A DNA stretch of 64,000 nucleotides, from the NCBI RefSeq assembly GCF_006345805.1, contig NC_043007.1:33108001-33172000 (forward strand), in the 5' to 3' direction. The notes beneath the pieces were generated by a model, which was not told where the DNA came from, made no database searches, and saw only the letters and a program-made list of their open reading frames with translations. This document shows positions 1-12,552 of this stretch, one piece after another. The first letter of the stretch is position 1. Every line of letters begins with the position of its first letter. The position numbers and the translations under genes are program-made. Source of the stretch: Octopus sinensis (Eukaryota).

Positions 1-214
1 TATCCAAACCTCTAAGAATTCCTTTCAACACATGGCTATGATGCTCCCTTACTACTTCTGCTCATGATCAGAGATGCACATATCGTCAGCCACTAACGGA
101 CATGGTCAACTGGTTAAGGTCAAACAACTGATAAGCAAATCTGTGGTACTGAGCAGAATATTTGTTGTAGCCCGTCTTTTATGCCAAGACAAATCAATGT
201 ACATGCTGTTGTTG

Positions 215-216
<2 letters not shown>

Positions 217-272
<56 letters not shown>

Positions 273-340
273 GAGTGAGAAAACAGTGCATGCTAACAAA
301 GTGACACTGGGATAAAATTTTATTATTTTTATTATTATTA

Positions 341-386
<46 letters not shown>

Positions 387-394
387 CATCATCA

Positions 395-430
<36 letters not shown>
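217..430. repeat. (TTA)n microsatellite interrupted by a ~45-bp repeat fragment (273-318)
   Basis: Direct sequence. The interrupting gagtgagaaaacagtgcatg..aaagtgacact matches the arms at 2603-2755. Confidence 0.95.
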
Positions 431-431
<1 letters not shown>

Positions 432-648
432 CTCTTTACCCTCTTTTACTCTTTTACTTGTTTCAGTCATTTGACTGCGGCCATGCTGGAGCACCGCCTT
501 TAGTCGAGCAAATCGACCCCGGGACTTATTCCTTGTAAGCCAGTACTTATTCTATCGGTCTCTTTTGCCGAACCGCTAAGTGACGGGGACGTAAACACGC
601 CAGCATCGGTTGTCAAGCAATGCTAGGGAGACAAACACAGACACACAA

Positions 649-695
<47 letters not shown>

Positions 696-861
696 TACGA
701 CAGACTTCTTTCAGTTTCCATCTCCCAAATCCACTCACAAGGCATTGATCGGCCCGGGGCCATAGCAGAAGACACTTGCCCAAGATGCCACGCAGTGGGA
801 CTGAACCCGGAACCATGTGGTTGGTTAGCAAGCTACTTACCACACAGCCACTCCTGCGCCT
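432..861 (-). mobile_element. tRNA-derived SINE family A (CORE-like body, internal CA/TA microsatellite), full length
   Basis: Minus-strand head aggcgcaggagtggctgtgtggt..ggttcagtccc (A/B-box-like), cttgggcaagtgtctt, and tail gaaacaagtaaaagagtaaaagag. More than 10 copies in the window. Confidence 0.9.
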
Positions 862-872
862 ATAACATAGTG

Positions 873-940
873 TTCTCATGCCGGGAATCGAACCCGGGCC
901 GCCTGGGTGAAAGCCAGGAATCCTGACCACTAGACCACAT
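873..940 (-). pseudogene. tRNA-Glu(TTC) lacking its first 4 nt
   Basis: Reverse complement atgtggtctagtggtcaggattcctggctttcacccaggcggcccgggttcgattcccggcatgagaa folds as tRNA-Glu. The 5' acceptor bases tctc are replaced by the microsatellite. Confidence 0.85.
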
Positions 941-972
941 TATTATTATTATTATTATTATTATCATTATTA

Positions 973-1014
<42 letters not shown>

Positions 1015-1086
1015 GAATATATAGGATTAAGGTAACTCTTCCAGAAGATATAGAACAAAAAATAGAAGAGTGCCATTGTTATCAAG

Positions 1087-1127
1087 TGAACGATATTTCG
1101 ACATCTCGTGTGTCTTCCACAGGTTCA
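1087..1127 (-). ncRNA. Minimal type-I hammerhead ribozyme motif, CUGUGGA core
   Basis: tgaac-CTGTGGA-a-gaca(cacgaga)tgtc-GAAA-ta-TC-gttca: 5-bp stem I, 4-bp stem II, AUAU palindromic stem III. Confidence 0.65.
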
Positions 1128-1279
1128 AAAAATAAACTTGTCAATCTTCTTCATTTTGGTTAATTTATCGTTCACTTGACAACAATGGCACTCTTCTATT
1201 TTTGTTTCTATGTCTTTGGATGACTTACCTCAGTCCTATATATATTGACCAAAATGAAGGAGATTCACAAGTTTTTTTT

Positions 1280-1320
1280 TGAACCTGTGGAAGACACACG
1301 AGATATCGAAATATCGTTCA
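1280..1320 (+). ncRNA. Minimal type-I hammerhead motif (stem II mismatch)
   Basis: tgaac-CTGTGGA-agacacacgagatatc-GAAA-ta-TC-gttca. Duplicates lie at 1631-1671(-) and 1826-1866(+). Confidence 0.6.
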
Positions 1321-1467
1321 CTTGATAACAATAGCACTCTTCTATTTTTGCTATTATTATTACTACTATTATTATTATTATATTATTATTATTATATTAT
1401 TTTTATTATTATTATTATTATTATTATATTATTATTACTATTATTATTATTATTATTATATTATTAT

Positions 1468-1498
<31 letters not shown>

Positions 1499-1559
1499 CA
1501 TTATTATTTATTATTATTATTATTATTATTATTTATTATTATTATTATTATTATATTAT

Positions 1560-1897
1560 GAATATATAGGATTAAGGTAACTCTTCCAGAAGATATAGAA
1601 CAAAAATAGAAGAGTGCCATTGTTATCAAGTGAACGATATTTCGACATCTCGTGTGTCTTCCACAGGTTCAAAAAATAAACTTGTCAATCTTCTTCATTT
1701 TGGTTAATTTATCGTTCACTTGACAACAATGGCACTCTTCTATTTTTGTTTCTATGTCTTCTGGATGACTTACCTCAGTCCTATATATATTGACCAAAAT
1801 GAAGGAGATTCACAAGTTTCTTTTTTGAACCTGTGGAAGACACACGAGATATCGAAATATCGTTCACTTGATAACAATAGCACTCTTCTATTTTTGC
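1560..1897. mobile_element. Hammerhead-containing unit, copy 2 (tandem duplication, ~545 bp period)
   Basis: Near-identical to 1015-1351, including the flanking TTA tract. Confidence 0.75.
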
Positions 1898-1912
1898 TAT
1901 TATTATTACTAC

Positions 1913-1956
<44 letters not shown>

Positions 1957-1970
1957 TATTATTATTATTA

Positions 1971-2013
<43 letters not shown>

Positions 2014-2015
2014 CA

Positions 2016-2507
2016 TTCAGTAGTTTTATTTTTATAGCGTGCGTTCACTTCACTACCGAGCGCAGCTCTGTGTGCCTTAGGTATGTGCTGTGATTTGTTG
2101 TGATGCTCTGATGGTTATTGTATAGAAAGTGTTCTGCGTAGGATGTGTGCAGTGCCTAGTAGTGCAATTTTCTGTATGTTATATGTGTTTGTAAGTCCTG
2201 GTGTTTTTGTTATGTATTTGTCTGAATATTTTTTTATCATGCCTAATGCACCTACTATGATAGGAATAGTTTCTGTTTTTAGATTCCACATTCGAGTTAC
2301 CTCTATTTCCAGGTCTTTGTATTTTGAGAGTTTCTCCATTTCTTTTAGAGACACGTTGTCATCTGCCGGTATTGATACATCAATTAGAAAGCTTTTTTTT
2401 CATGATCTCTGACCACTATATCTGGTCTGTTGGCCTTAATTTCTCTATCTGTGTGTATCGGCATATCCCAGAGTATGGTTACTTTCTCGTTTTCTGTGAC
2501 CTTTGGT
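2016..2507 (-). mobile_element. R4/Dong-like (restriction-like endonuclease) non-LTR retrotransposon, 5'-truncated 3' end
   Basis: ORF 2115-2354 KE.EKLSKYKDLEIE..PIIVGALG..IQKIALLGTAHILRR, with upstream RPDIV and LIDVSIP motifs. Flanked by (TAA)n on both sides. Confidence 0.85.
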
Positions 2508-2539
2508 TATTATTATTATTATCATTATTATTATTATTA

Positions 2540-2600
<61 letters not shown>

Positions 2601-2602
2601 AA

Positions 2603-2755
2603 TATTAAGTAAGTGAGAGAGCAGTGCATTTCGTCAAAGTGACACTCATTATGACTACACATGGGCATGTGTAGTCATGATGAGTACAGTAAGCTTCGTA
2701 TATTTTACCCAAGTGTCACTCTGACGGAATGCACTGCTCTCTCACTTACTCAATA
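2603..2755. repeat. Nested inverted repeat (44-bp outer arms, 20-bp inner hairpin)
   Basis: 2603-2646 pairs with 2712-2755; 2644-2663 pairs with 2666-2685. Confidence 0.9.
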
Positions 2756-2758
2756 ATT

Positions 2759-2896
2759 AGTGGTTTGGACTTTAACTGTCCTTTCTAGCGTAATGGATTC
2801 CTATGATGGAATCCTCTTAATGTGCTTTAATGTACACTGCATTTTATATGAATAATATATAGTCTATTGACTAATTTTTTTTTACGCTAGGCCACT
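2759..2896 (+). ncRNA. Unassigned five-helix structured RNA motif, instance 1
   Basis: agtggt/gccact; ggac/gtcc; ttt; ctagcgtaa/ttacgctag; ggattcc/ggaatcc; tagtc/gacta. Confidence 0.55.
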
Positions 2897-3509
2897 GGTA
2901 GTAGAAATTTCTAAAATTTGTATTACTCTGATATTATTAATTATACATATATATATACATTTGTGTAGTCTCTCACCCCCATATGTATATATGTACATTA
3001 TTAGCGTGTGTTTGGTTTTGTTTGGTTTTTTAATCCTCTGGTGAAATATTAAGCTTCAGAAAATTAGCTTTATCAAGTTGTGTCCCAAACACAAGCGAGA
3101 CAAGCACATTGGCAATTGGCGCATACACCTCGCTCCACAGTGTAATTGAGCTGATGCAGATATTGCCTTTTATTCAATGACACCATGATTAATTCATTGT
3201 GGAGAAGAACTCACAGCATGTGGAATTAATATTTTTGCTCCTCAATGCATGCATTGACCTTGAAAGGCAGCGGAAAATATCTGTCTCACAGAATATTAGC
3301 CGTTTACTGAATTATACACCGAATTCTATGGAATAAATGTATTAAATTTGCATTTTCGTAATCAACTGGAAACCATTTACATATTTAATGATTGATATTA
3401 ATGTTTTTAACACACACACACACACACACACACACATATTCAAGCAGATATGCATATCTGTCTACATATCTATATACATACACACATATACACATATTTA
3501 TATACGCTG

Positions 3510-3797
3510 AGAGTTTTTTATACGCTGAGAGTTGCTGAAGCATAGAACAGACTGCCGGCATCAGTTGTTAGTTGCCAGAGCACTGAATCCTTCAAAACTT
3601 CCATGCTTTCTGAGATTCGCCAACACTACACCTGATTTTCTCCCCTCCATACACACACAAGCATGTATCTGACTCATACATTGTTCGCTTTCCAGACATT
3701 GTTACATTACTGCATGTACTTTATATGCACTTTCTGACAAGTTGTGGTGCACCTAAGCACTGTATACAATAATTTCATTATTATTATTATTATTATT
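3510..3797 (+). mobile_element. CR1/L2-type LINE 3' end with (ATT)n tail
   Basis: Reads ..TLRVAEA*NRLPASVVSCQSTESFKT, resembling the CR1 ORF2 C-terminal motif RVVNAWNSLP..SFK. Confidence 0.6.
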
Positions 3798-3869
3798 ATA
3801 CATATATTTATTCGCATATTTATGTATATGAAAAGAGAAATGCGTGGAGTTGTGAGCATTAGTCAAATA

Positions 3870-4435
3870 TTGGGTTGTCCGGAAAGTTCGTGCCGATTTG
3901 TAAAGGAAAGAAAAAGGTCCATAAATACTTGCCATTACATTTTTAATCAACCAAATATGAACCATTTTGTTGCACAATGCGTCTCCATCTTTCCTTTAAC
4001 TTGAAAATACCCCCTTCCCAGAATTCAGGTGGTTTCATGGCAAAGAATTCATCAAGGTATCTTTTTACGTCATTCAAGGAATTGAAATTTTTACCATTAA
4101 GACTATTCTGCAGAGACCTGAATAAGTGGAAATCCGAAGGAGCAATATCTGGTGAATATAGAGGGTGGGGTAACACATCCCAGCCGATCTGCTGCAATTT
4201 TTGTCTGGTTCCCAAAGCCTCAAGTGCCGAAAATGAACTTTCTTATCTTCCATTTTATATGGTTACAGAATTAAAATAGGTTATAGGAACATAAACCTTC
4301 TTCCATGAAAAGATAGCTTAAGCTGTGCTCTAAATGGAGGTGTAGTGAAATCCTATTTTATGCACTCAACCATGTTCTAAAATAAGTCGAAAGGTAAGCT
4401 ACTATAAATCAGCTCGAACTTTCCGGACAACCCAA
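3870..4435 (-). mobile_element. Mariner non-autonomous deletion derivative
   Basis: TIRs ttgggttgtccggaaagttcg / cgaactttccggacaacccaa with TA duplication. Transposase C-terminus HPLYSPDIAPSDFHLFRSL. Confidence 0.93.
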
Positions 4436-5821
4436 TACATTGATAATGTATTTCTAAACAAATCCAAATTAAACGGCCTCATAGTTCTACTTTAAACTAA
4501 AGCAAAAATAAATATAAAACGTACAATTTCAAAACGAATGAAATGACACCATATTAAATCATGCTTATTCATACCTGGGACATTATTATCTTCCGGTATG
4601 TTAAATGAATTGAAAACCAGACATATCTATTACTTCTCAATATCGTTTAGAGATACTTTATTCAATTTTGGAATTGATTCTTCGATTAAAAGGAATCACA
4701 TCTACTATTGGTCCTTGGCATCAACATCCAGTTGATTAGTCTTAACCTTTCTGGTACGAAAAACTAATCGAAGATTGCAGAGAACAGGGATGGCATATCG
4801 AGTTTTACCACCTGGCAGTGGGTGCTAGCGGCTTCATTGAAAGAAAGATGACAACGCTTTGTTTTTTCTAGCTCGGAGCTGAGAAAACTACAAGGAGTGT
4901 ACAGGAGGCGGTCGAAAAAGCCAGCTTCTATATATATGGCTGAAGCGGGAAGACCTAAGATGGTTTGAAAGTCATAACATGCCGGCGGAAAATAACACCA
5001 CTAGGTGAGACAAGATGACACTAAATTAGCTTCACTGACTGACAGGTGACGGTCGTTTAGAGAATGCGTGAGCTAAGACTACGCGCCTTCATTGGTCAGT
5101 TAAAGTTGAGGCAGTTGAGGCCAGGGAACAAAAGAAAGAAGAAAAAGACATGCACCCAACACCAGAGCTGAAGACACCGCCGAAAGGTGGAGGGGGCGCC
5201 ACGTCAAAATGGTAGAGTAGTAGGGGCCGAAACCGGACGTGGTTCCTCCTGATGATGTCTTAAGCTAACTGGATCCTATAAAGGAGCTGTTGTGGTAGCA
5301 GACCACGAAACACGGTTGAAATTCCTTGCTTACGTTAAGCACACGTTTATATTATACCGGCGCCATAATTGTATTTTAGAAAGAGAGATGCGTTTATTTG
5401 GTTAACTTATACCCCAGGAAACTAGCTATTCAAATAATCCTGGTTATGTATACACCCACTGCTGTAGTGAATTGGAGGATGAGATGTGGTTAACAGGATT
5501 GAAATATCGGAAGATTCGAAGAAATATTCTCGTATGGTTTCGTTGAGTGCTCCACAATTTTGTGTTTATAAATGAAATCCAAGTTCTGCTGGAGCGGAGA
5601 AGTCGTAATGTTCACAGATACCAGGTCGATCTGTGCAGTTGCCGAGTTGTAGCCAAGAGTTCGCAAAAGGCTAATCGGGACGCCATCATGACGAGAGGAA
5701 GACGATTTATTTAAACGATTTGTGCCAAAACAGAGAAGAATAGTGCAATCAAGAAAGAATTGAAAGTGCATTGCCGCTAGCGATGTATAACAATATCAGA
5801 TAATCTGATTGATACAGTGAC

Positions 5822-5996
5822 ACATACATGCATACATATATACATACATACATACATATGTACATACATATATACATATATACATACATACATATGCACA
5901 TGCATATATACATACATACATGCATACATACATACATACATACATACATACATACATACATGCATACATCTATACATACATACATACATGCATACA

Positions 5997-6027
<31 letters not shown>

Positions 6028-6569
6028 GTACATAAATATATACATACATACATACATACCTATACGCATATACGCGTAATATAGAAAATATATACGTAGA
6101 TATGCATATATGTATATGTATATAGATGTATGTATGTATGTATGTATTTAAACATGTATGTATTTATGCGAATACATATACGCACACGCAAACACGCGCG
6201 CACACGCGCACACACGACACACGTATATAAACATTGTCCTGATGGTGGGGTGGTGGTACTGAGAAAGCCTTCATCTGATCCTCGCCCATATGGAAACTAT
6301 ACGCAGTGAATTGGGGTCATATATTTATGTGCTTGTGTGTGTTTGTATTTACGCATGCGTGTATATACATATATACATACATATATACATACACACATAC
6401 ACACACACACGTATATATATACACACACACACACACATATATATATACTCACACACACACAAATATATACATATACAAAAATACATACATACGTAAGTAC
6501 GTACTATATATTCATACATATCTTACATATACCCATACGTACACCCACACGTACATATATAAATGTGTG

Positions 6570-6616
<47 letters not shown>

Positions 6617-6654
6617 ATGTGTGTGTGTTGTGTACCTATCTACATGTATATATG

Positions 6655-6688
<34 letters not shown>

Positions 6689-6697
6689 CATGTGTGC

Positions 6698-6737
<40 letters not shown>

Positions 6738-6780
6738 AATATATATATACACACACACATATATATATATACATAAAAGT
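5822..6780. repeat. (CATA)/(TA)/(CA) microsatellite complex
   Basis: Direct sequence. Confidence 0.9.
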
Positions 6781-7207
6781 ACATATAGATGAATAAATCA
6801 TACACTTCTAAGAATGTATATATTCTTTGTGCTTATTTTTACTGTTATTCGTGCGTAATGGCGTGTCTTAGGTTTCGTACGATTTCAGAAACCAGGAAAG
6901 TGATTTATTTCTTTCCGGGTCACGAATAACTAGTACCAGTTAAACTCTTTAGTAAGTGGAGGCCACTATTAAATTCCTAGTGTATTCATAAATCAAAATG
7001 GCTAACATTCTGCACAAACTTGAATTACAGTTCCCGTATATTTCACATTAATAAACGTAAGGGAATCAAATCAGATCGATATCAGCAACAAGAACACTAT
7101 ATCGGTTCGACTGCACCGGTGTTTGAATCCCAGTGTAATAAACGCGCACATATCCACATATGTATAGTTTAAATTATAAATATTTTATAATTATCGGAGA
7201 ACTTATG

Positions 7208-7342
7208 GTGGCAATAGTGTCTTTTGACGTCTGTTTTTCAGTGCGTGGTGAGGCGCAAGCCAAGCCCTTGTTATAATTATATATATAGTTTTAAAATATT
7301 TATAAAAATTTACCTACGAGGTTTTATTTCCACGCTGACCAC
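7208..7342 (+). ncRNA. Unassigned five-helix structured RNA motif, instance 2
   Basis: gtggc/accac; aatagtgtc/gacgtctgtt; ttt; cag(tg)cgtgg/ccacgctg; ggc-gcaa-gcc; acct/aggt. Confidence 0.5.
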
Positions 7343-7489
7343 ATGGTAAAAATCACTTATGATTTTACCCTTTATTATTGCAGCGTGGAAGTTTTCATTC
7401 CAGCACACGATCTCAGATCAGGTCACTTGCTATGCAAGTACATCTCCGTAAACACATAATAATTATTATTTTAAATTACAAATATGTAT

Positions 7490-8640
7490 GTGCTAACTGC
7501 TAACTGCGTGTGGCAATGCTGCTGGCTTCATGATAAAACCAAGACTTATCTACTATTCCGCGAACCCGAGGGCCTTCAAAAGTATGAATAAAAATCTGCT
7601 GTCTATCCACTGGATACCCAACCCCAAGGCCTGGATTACCAAAAGTCTAGCTTTGAATTGGTTCCACCAATGTTTCATCCCTCAAACCAAGGGATACCTC
7701 CAAAATGTATACATGAAATTCAAGGTGTTGCTTGTTATGGATAATGCTGGTAGTCACTCTTTGGATTTGAATCAAGAGGGAGTTCAAGTTGAGTTCCTCC
7801 CTGCCAACACAACATCCTTCATCCAGGCTATGGATCAAGGCGTGATCCGTGCCTTCAAAGCACTTTACACCCAGAACTCTCTCCAACACCTTATGGAGGC
7901 AATGGATTCGGACGAGAATTTCAAGTTATAGGAGTACTGGCGTAACTTCATGATCACAACGTGCCTGTCAATCATCCATGCTGCTCTTGAAGACATGAAA
8001 AAAACCCTCATCGCATGCTGGAAGAAGGTGTGGCCAGAGTGTGTCCAGAACTTCGAGCGTTTTTCACTTGAAGATATTCAGCACGAGGCTGTCAACAATG
8101 GGGTGAAACTGGCAAAGCTGTTTGGTGGCGAAAGTTTTGATGATATCACACAAAATGAAGTGAAAGACCTCATCGATGCCCAGTCTGAAACCCTGACAGA
8201 CGAAGATTTGTTGGAGTTAACGAGGTCTGCCAGCGAAGAGGAGGGGAAGCGCCAGATCCAGAGGAAGAAGGGATGGGATGTGCCTGGCAATCGAACGTCC
8301 GTCCAACGTTTTAAGGACAGTAAAGGAATTGCAATATATGGTTCGGTCTCTAATTTAAAAATGCCATCGATGCTGCCGTGCAGATATATAAAACTCTCTT
8401 CATCACCATGAGGAAACAACGACAGCAACTCCCCATCACAATGTTCATCAAGCCCACCAACGAAGATACGACATCCCCTAAAACACCTGAAGAAGAGGCG
8501 TCACCTGAAGAGCTTTAAATCTTCTTTGCTGCGCAGTCATTATCTTCCTTATTTTCATCATCATCGTCTTAAATCAATATTATTCATTATTGGTGAGAAA
8601 CAGTACATTTTACTTTAATGTTTATTAAATTATTATTAAA
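7490..8640 (+). mobile_element. pogo/Tigger transposase pseudogene (DDE_1 region)
   Basis: KVLLVMDNAGSH..VEFLPANTTSFIQAMDQGVIRAFKALY, with a stop at 7931 and frameshifts. The probable right end resumes at ~9285-9392. Confidence 0.88.
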
Positions 8641-8649
8641 TATTGTATA

Positions 8650-9241
8650 TCTATTATATAAAATCCGTTCTGTCTGTGTGTGTGTGTGTGTCTTCTAGGA
8701 TCTCGGGCATCCTCCATCCGATTGCGCTCAAATTTTATATGTAGATAACGACGGTATCAGGGCGTGTATAGGTTTTGATAAAAACACAAAAATCGATTCA
8801 AAATGAGAATGCGATCGATAAAGCCGTGGGAACGTGCATTTGTACGTACAAATATATATAAATATATATAATCCGTCCATCTAGATTTACCTCCAGCTAA
8901 TCCGTTTGCATGCATCGGTTTTGTCCTGCTTTTCTTCCGTCAACCTGTACATAACTGCACCTTCCATTTTTTGTTGTTTTTGTGTTCTCCCAGTCAACAG
9001 CCTTATCATTACTGGTACTTTAAACTCTTCGGTTGCATATTTGTGTGAATGAAATGGTTTTTCTTTGGAATAGAAAAAAAGTCTATCTTTATTTCTTCTT
9101 TTGCTGGTGTCTCAAATTTAGGTTAAATCAGTGTTTCTCAAAGGGGAGGCCTATGGGACGGTCAGACAAGTTGTTTTGAGAAAATTTGGTTTAAATGTTA
9201 GACAACTCAGCACCGTCCATTGGACGGGGGGCGTTTTGCTC

Positions 9242-9242
<1 letters not shown>
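8650..9242 (+). mobile_element. Non-autonomous Helitron-like element inserted in the Tigger 3' region
   Basis: 5' A|TCTATTATATAAAA followed by a (GT)n tract. 3' hairpin ccgtcca/tggacgg then CTCG|T. Confidence 0.6.
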
Positions 9243-9281
<39 letters not shown>

Positions 9282-9669
9282 TTACGTTATATTTTGACAT
9301 TTATAGGCATTTTCATGGACCACGTCCAATATTCGCAGTTTTTTCACTATTCGTGGGTGCTCTAGGAACGTAATCCCCGCGAATACCGGGTTACCCATTT
9401 TTGTCTCCGATCTCATTGCTTGATTACATTCGATGCCTCGATACGAAACGTAGCAGAATTCAGTGCCGGCTACAGTTTCAATAGAATATCTGTAGAAATA
9501 ACCTTAACAAAAATAGAATAAGAACGTAAAGCTTTGCCGTCATCCATATTTGACGAGTGAGCTATCATATATACATAAATGGCAGCTTTCTAACATGGCC
9601 GCCATGCGATGATTGAACCCAGTAAAGATAATCTATGTATGCGTGTGTTATTGTACGTACCTATATGTT

Positions 9670-10342
9670 TAAGTTAACACAGTGTACGTGTATGTGTGCG
9701 AGTGTATGTGTGTATGTGTATATGAGCATGCGTGTAAGGATATGTATGTGTTAGTGTGTGTGTATCTGTGTGTCTGTTTGTATGCGTGAATGTATGTGTT
9801 TAAGTAGACGTGTACGAGTGTGTGTGTGTGTGTCTGTGAGTGTGTGTGTGTGCGCACGTGCATGTTTGTGTGTGTATGTGTGTGTATGTGTTTGTGTGTG
9901 TATGTGCGTATGTGTGTGTGTGTGTGTTTTTTTTTTTTTACTGTGCCGAGTGTATTTTGTTAATCTTGAGCATAAAGCGGAAAATTATTTTTGTGAAAAT
10001 CGTAAAGCGAAACTGGAACATATGTATGATACTATAAATCACACCTCCACCCCCACAAACCCACCTATCACACATACACCTCAGCCCCCCCCCCACCAAA
10101 CACAAACACATATTCTCATACACGCACATAGCACACACTCGTACACAGACTCACAGCACCAAAACTCTCACATAAACTTGTCACACACACTCACATATAC
10201 ACACACACACTCGTACACATATGTAATTATGATATATACAAATCTAAATGCACAAATGTAATGTATATATATATATAATATATTATATATATATAACATA
10301 TGTATATATCTCTCTATATATATAGAGAGAGATATATACATA

Positions 10343-10381
<39 letters not shown>

Positions 10382-10490
10382 GTATATATCTCTATGTATG
10401 TATGTATGTATATATACATACATATGTATATATAACACACCACACACACAAACACACACACACACCTATATATATATATATATACATATA

Positions 10491-10534
<44 letters not shown>

Positions 10535-10661
10535 CATATATGTATATATATATGTGTGCGTGTGTGTGTTTGTGTGTGTGTATATATACATATGTATGTA
10601 TATATATACATACATACATACATACATACATACATACATAGAGATATATACATACATATAT

Positions 10662-10708
<47 letters not shown>

Positions 10709-10780
10709 CATACATATATATATATATTATCATTATATTATATTATATTATATTATATTTTATTATTATATTTATTATTT
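9670..10780. repeat. (GT)/(TA)/(CATA) microsatellite complex
   Basis: Direct sequence. Confidence 0.9.
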
Positions 10781-11055
10781 ATAAATGTACTTCCTCACCG
10801 AACCTATTTTCTTGCGCGTACATTTCCATTAATTACCACTCCTCTACATGTACAGTTATCACACCAATCTGGTCCCGCTGTTTCATACGCAAGCACACAG
10901 CCATATTGTCATAGCACCATTAGCACGCCCACAAAACCGCAGTTATATCTCACCGCATGTCCGCAAGAGCTGAATGCTTACTTATTCAGGCATCGACAAA
11001 ATATACAAAAAACACACGTATAAAAGCCACTCTTTCTTCCCTCACATACGCATGC

Positions 11056-11704
11056 AACTCAGAACGGAATTTGAACTCAGAACGTAACAGCAGACGAAAT
11101 ACCTATTTCTTTATTACCCACAAGGGGCTAAACACAGAGGGAACAAACAAGGACAGACATAGGTATTAAGTCGATAACATCGATCCCAGTACGTAACTGG
11201 TACTTAATTTATCGACCCCGAAAGGATGAAAGGCAAAGTCGACCTCGGCGGAATTTGAACTCAGAACGTAACAGCAGACGAAATACCTATTTCTTTATTA
11301 CCCACAAGGGGCTAAACACAGAGGGAACAAACAAGGACAGACATAGGTATTAAGTCGATAACATCGATCCAGTACGTAACTGGTACTTAATTTATCGACC
11401 CCGAAAGGATGAAAGGCAAAGTCGACCCCGGCGGAATTTGAACTCAGAACGTAGCGGCAGACGAAATACCTATTTCTTTACTACCCACCAGGGGTTAAAC
11501 ACAAGAGAGGACAAAGAAGGACAGACAAACGGATTAAGTTGAGTACATCAACCCCAGTGCGTAACTGGTATTTAATTTAGCGACCCCGAAAGGATGAAAG
11601 GCAGAGTCGACCCCGGCGGAATTTGAACTCAGAACGTAACGGCAGACGAAATACCGCTAAGCATTTCGCCCGACGTGCTAACGTTTCTGCCAAGCTTGCC
11701 GCCT
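11056..11704 (-). mobile_element. SINE family B multimer (one head plus ~3.3 body units)
   Basis: Repeating gtcgactttgcctttcatcctttcggggtcgataaattaagtaccag body (resembles a Deu/Nin-type central domain) with junction aaagaaatag|gtatttcg. Confidence 0.88.
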
Positions 11705-12088
11705 TGTTACTATTGTTTTGTTGGTATCAACACGCCCACACATGGACTTTAATTCTAGTTGCAATACCAGCGATTGTGAAGACAACATTAGTCGGTAGCA
11801 TCGACGCCAGTACGTGACCGATCGCTCATTTTATTGAATTTTACCGAACCAAAACACTGCGGATGTAACGACGTATTACTCAGACTTAGACTTGCCAGGA
11901 TTTAGTATCAGAACGTAATGAGCAGGAACACCGCAGTTACCGCAAAACATTTTATCCGCCGATCTCACTGCTCAGCCAACTTATCACCCGTTACATGTAG
12001 CATGTGTCTGTATATGTGTGTATTGTGGGTGTGTCTGTTTGTGTGTATCTGTATGTGTGTATGTGTGCGCGTGTGAGTGTATGTAATA

Positions 12089-12505
12089 CTCTCTTTACAC
12101 TCTTTCACTCTTTTACTTGTTTCAGTCATTTGACTGTGGTTATGCTGGAGCACCGCTTTTAATCGAGCAAATCGACTCCAGAACTTATTCTTTGTAAGAA
12201 TAACTCTTATCGGAACTCTTTTGCTGAACCGCTAAGTTACGGGGACGTACACACACCTGCATCGGTTGTCAAGCGATGTTGGGGGACAAACACAGACATA
12301 TAAACATATACACACAAAAACAAAAGTATATATACATATATCGACAGGCTTCTTTCAGTTTCTGTCTACCAAATCCACTCACAAGGCTTTGGTTGGCCCG
12401 AGGCTATAGTAGAAGAAACTTGCCCAAGGTGCCACGTAGTGGGACTGAACCCGGAACCATGTGGTTCGTAAGCAAGCTACTTACCACAGAGCCACTCCTA
12501 CGCCT
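12089..12505 (-). mobile_element. SINE family A
   Basis: Matches 432-861. Confidence 0.9.
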
Positions 12506-12552
12506 ATAATATATATATAATATATATAATATAATATATATATTACATATAT

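Larger units (their letters stand above)
1015..1351. mobile_element. Hammerhead-containing inverted + tandem unit (retrozyme/Penelope pLTR-like), copy 1
   Basis: 1015-1164 is the reverse complement of the 146-nt plus-strand unit. tatcgttcacttga recurs at 1166 and 1312. Confidence 0.75.

Noticed and set aside
5490-5771. 93-aa non-repetitive ORF as a host exon
   Set aside because: No recognisable motif or supported splice structure. Also true for 22572-23150 and 28948-29428.
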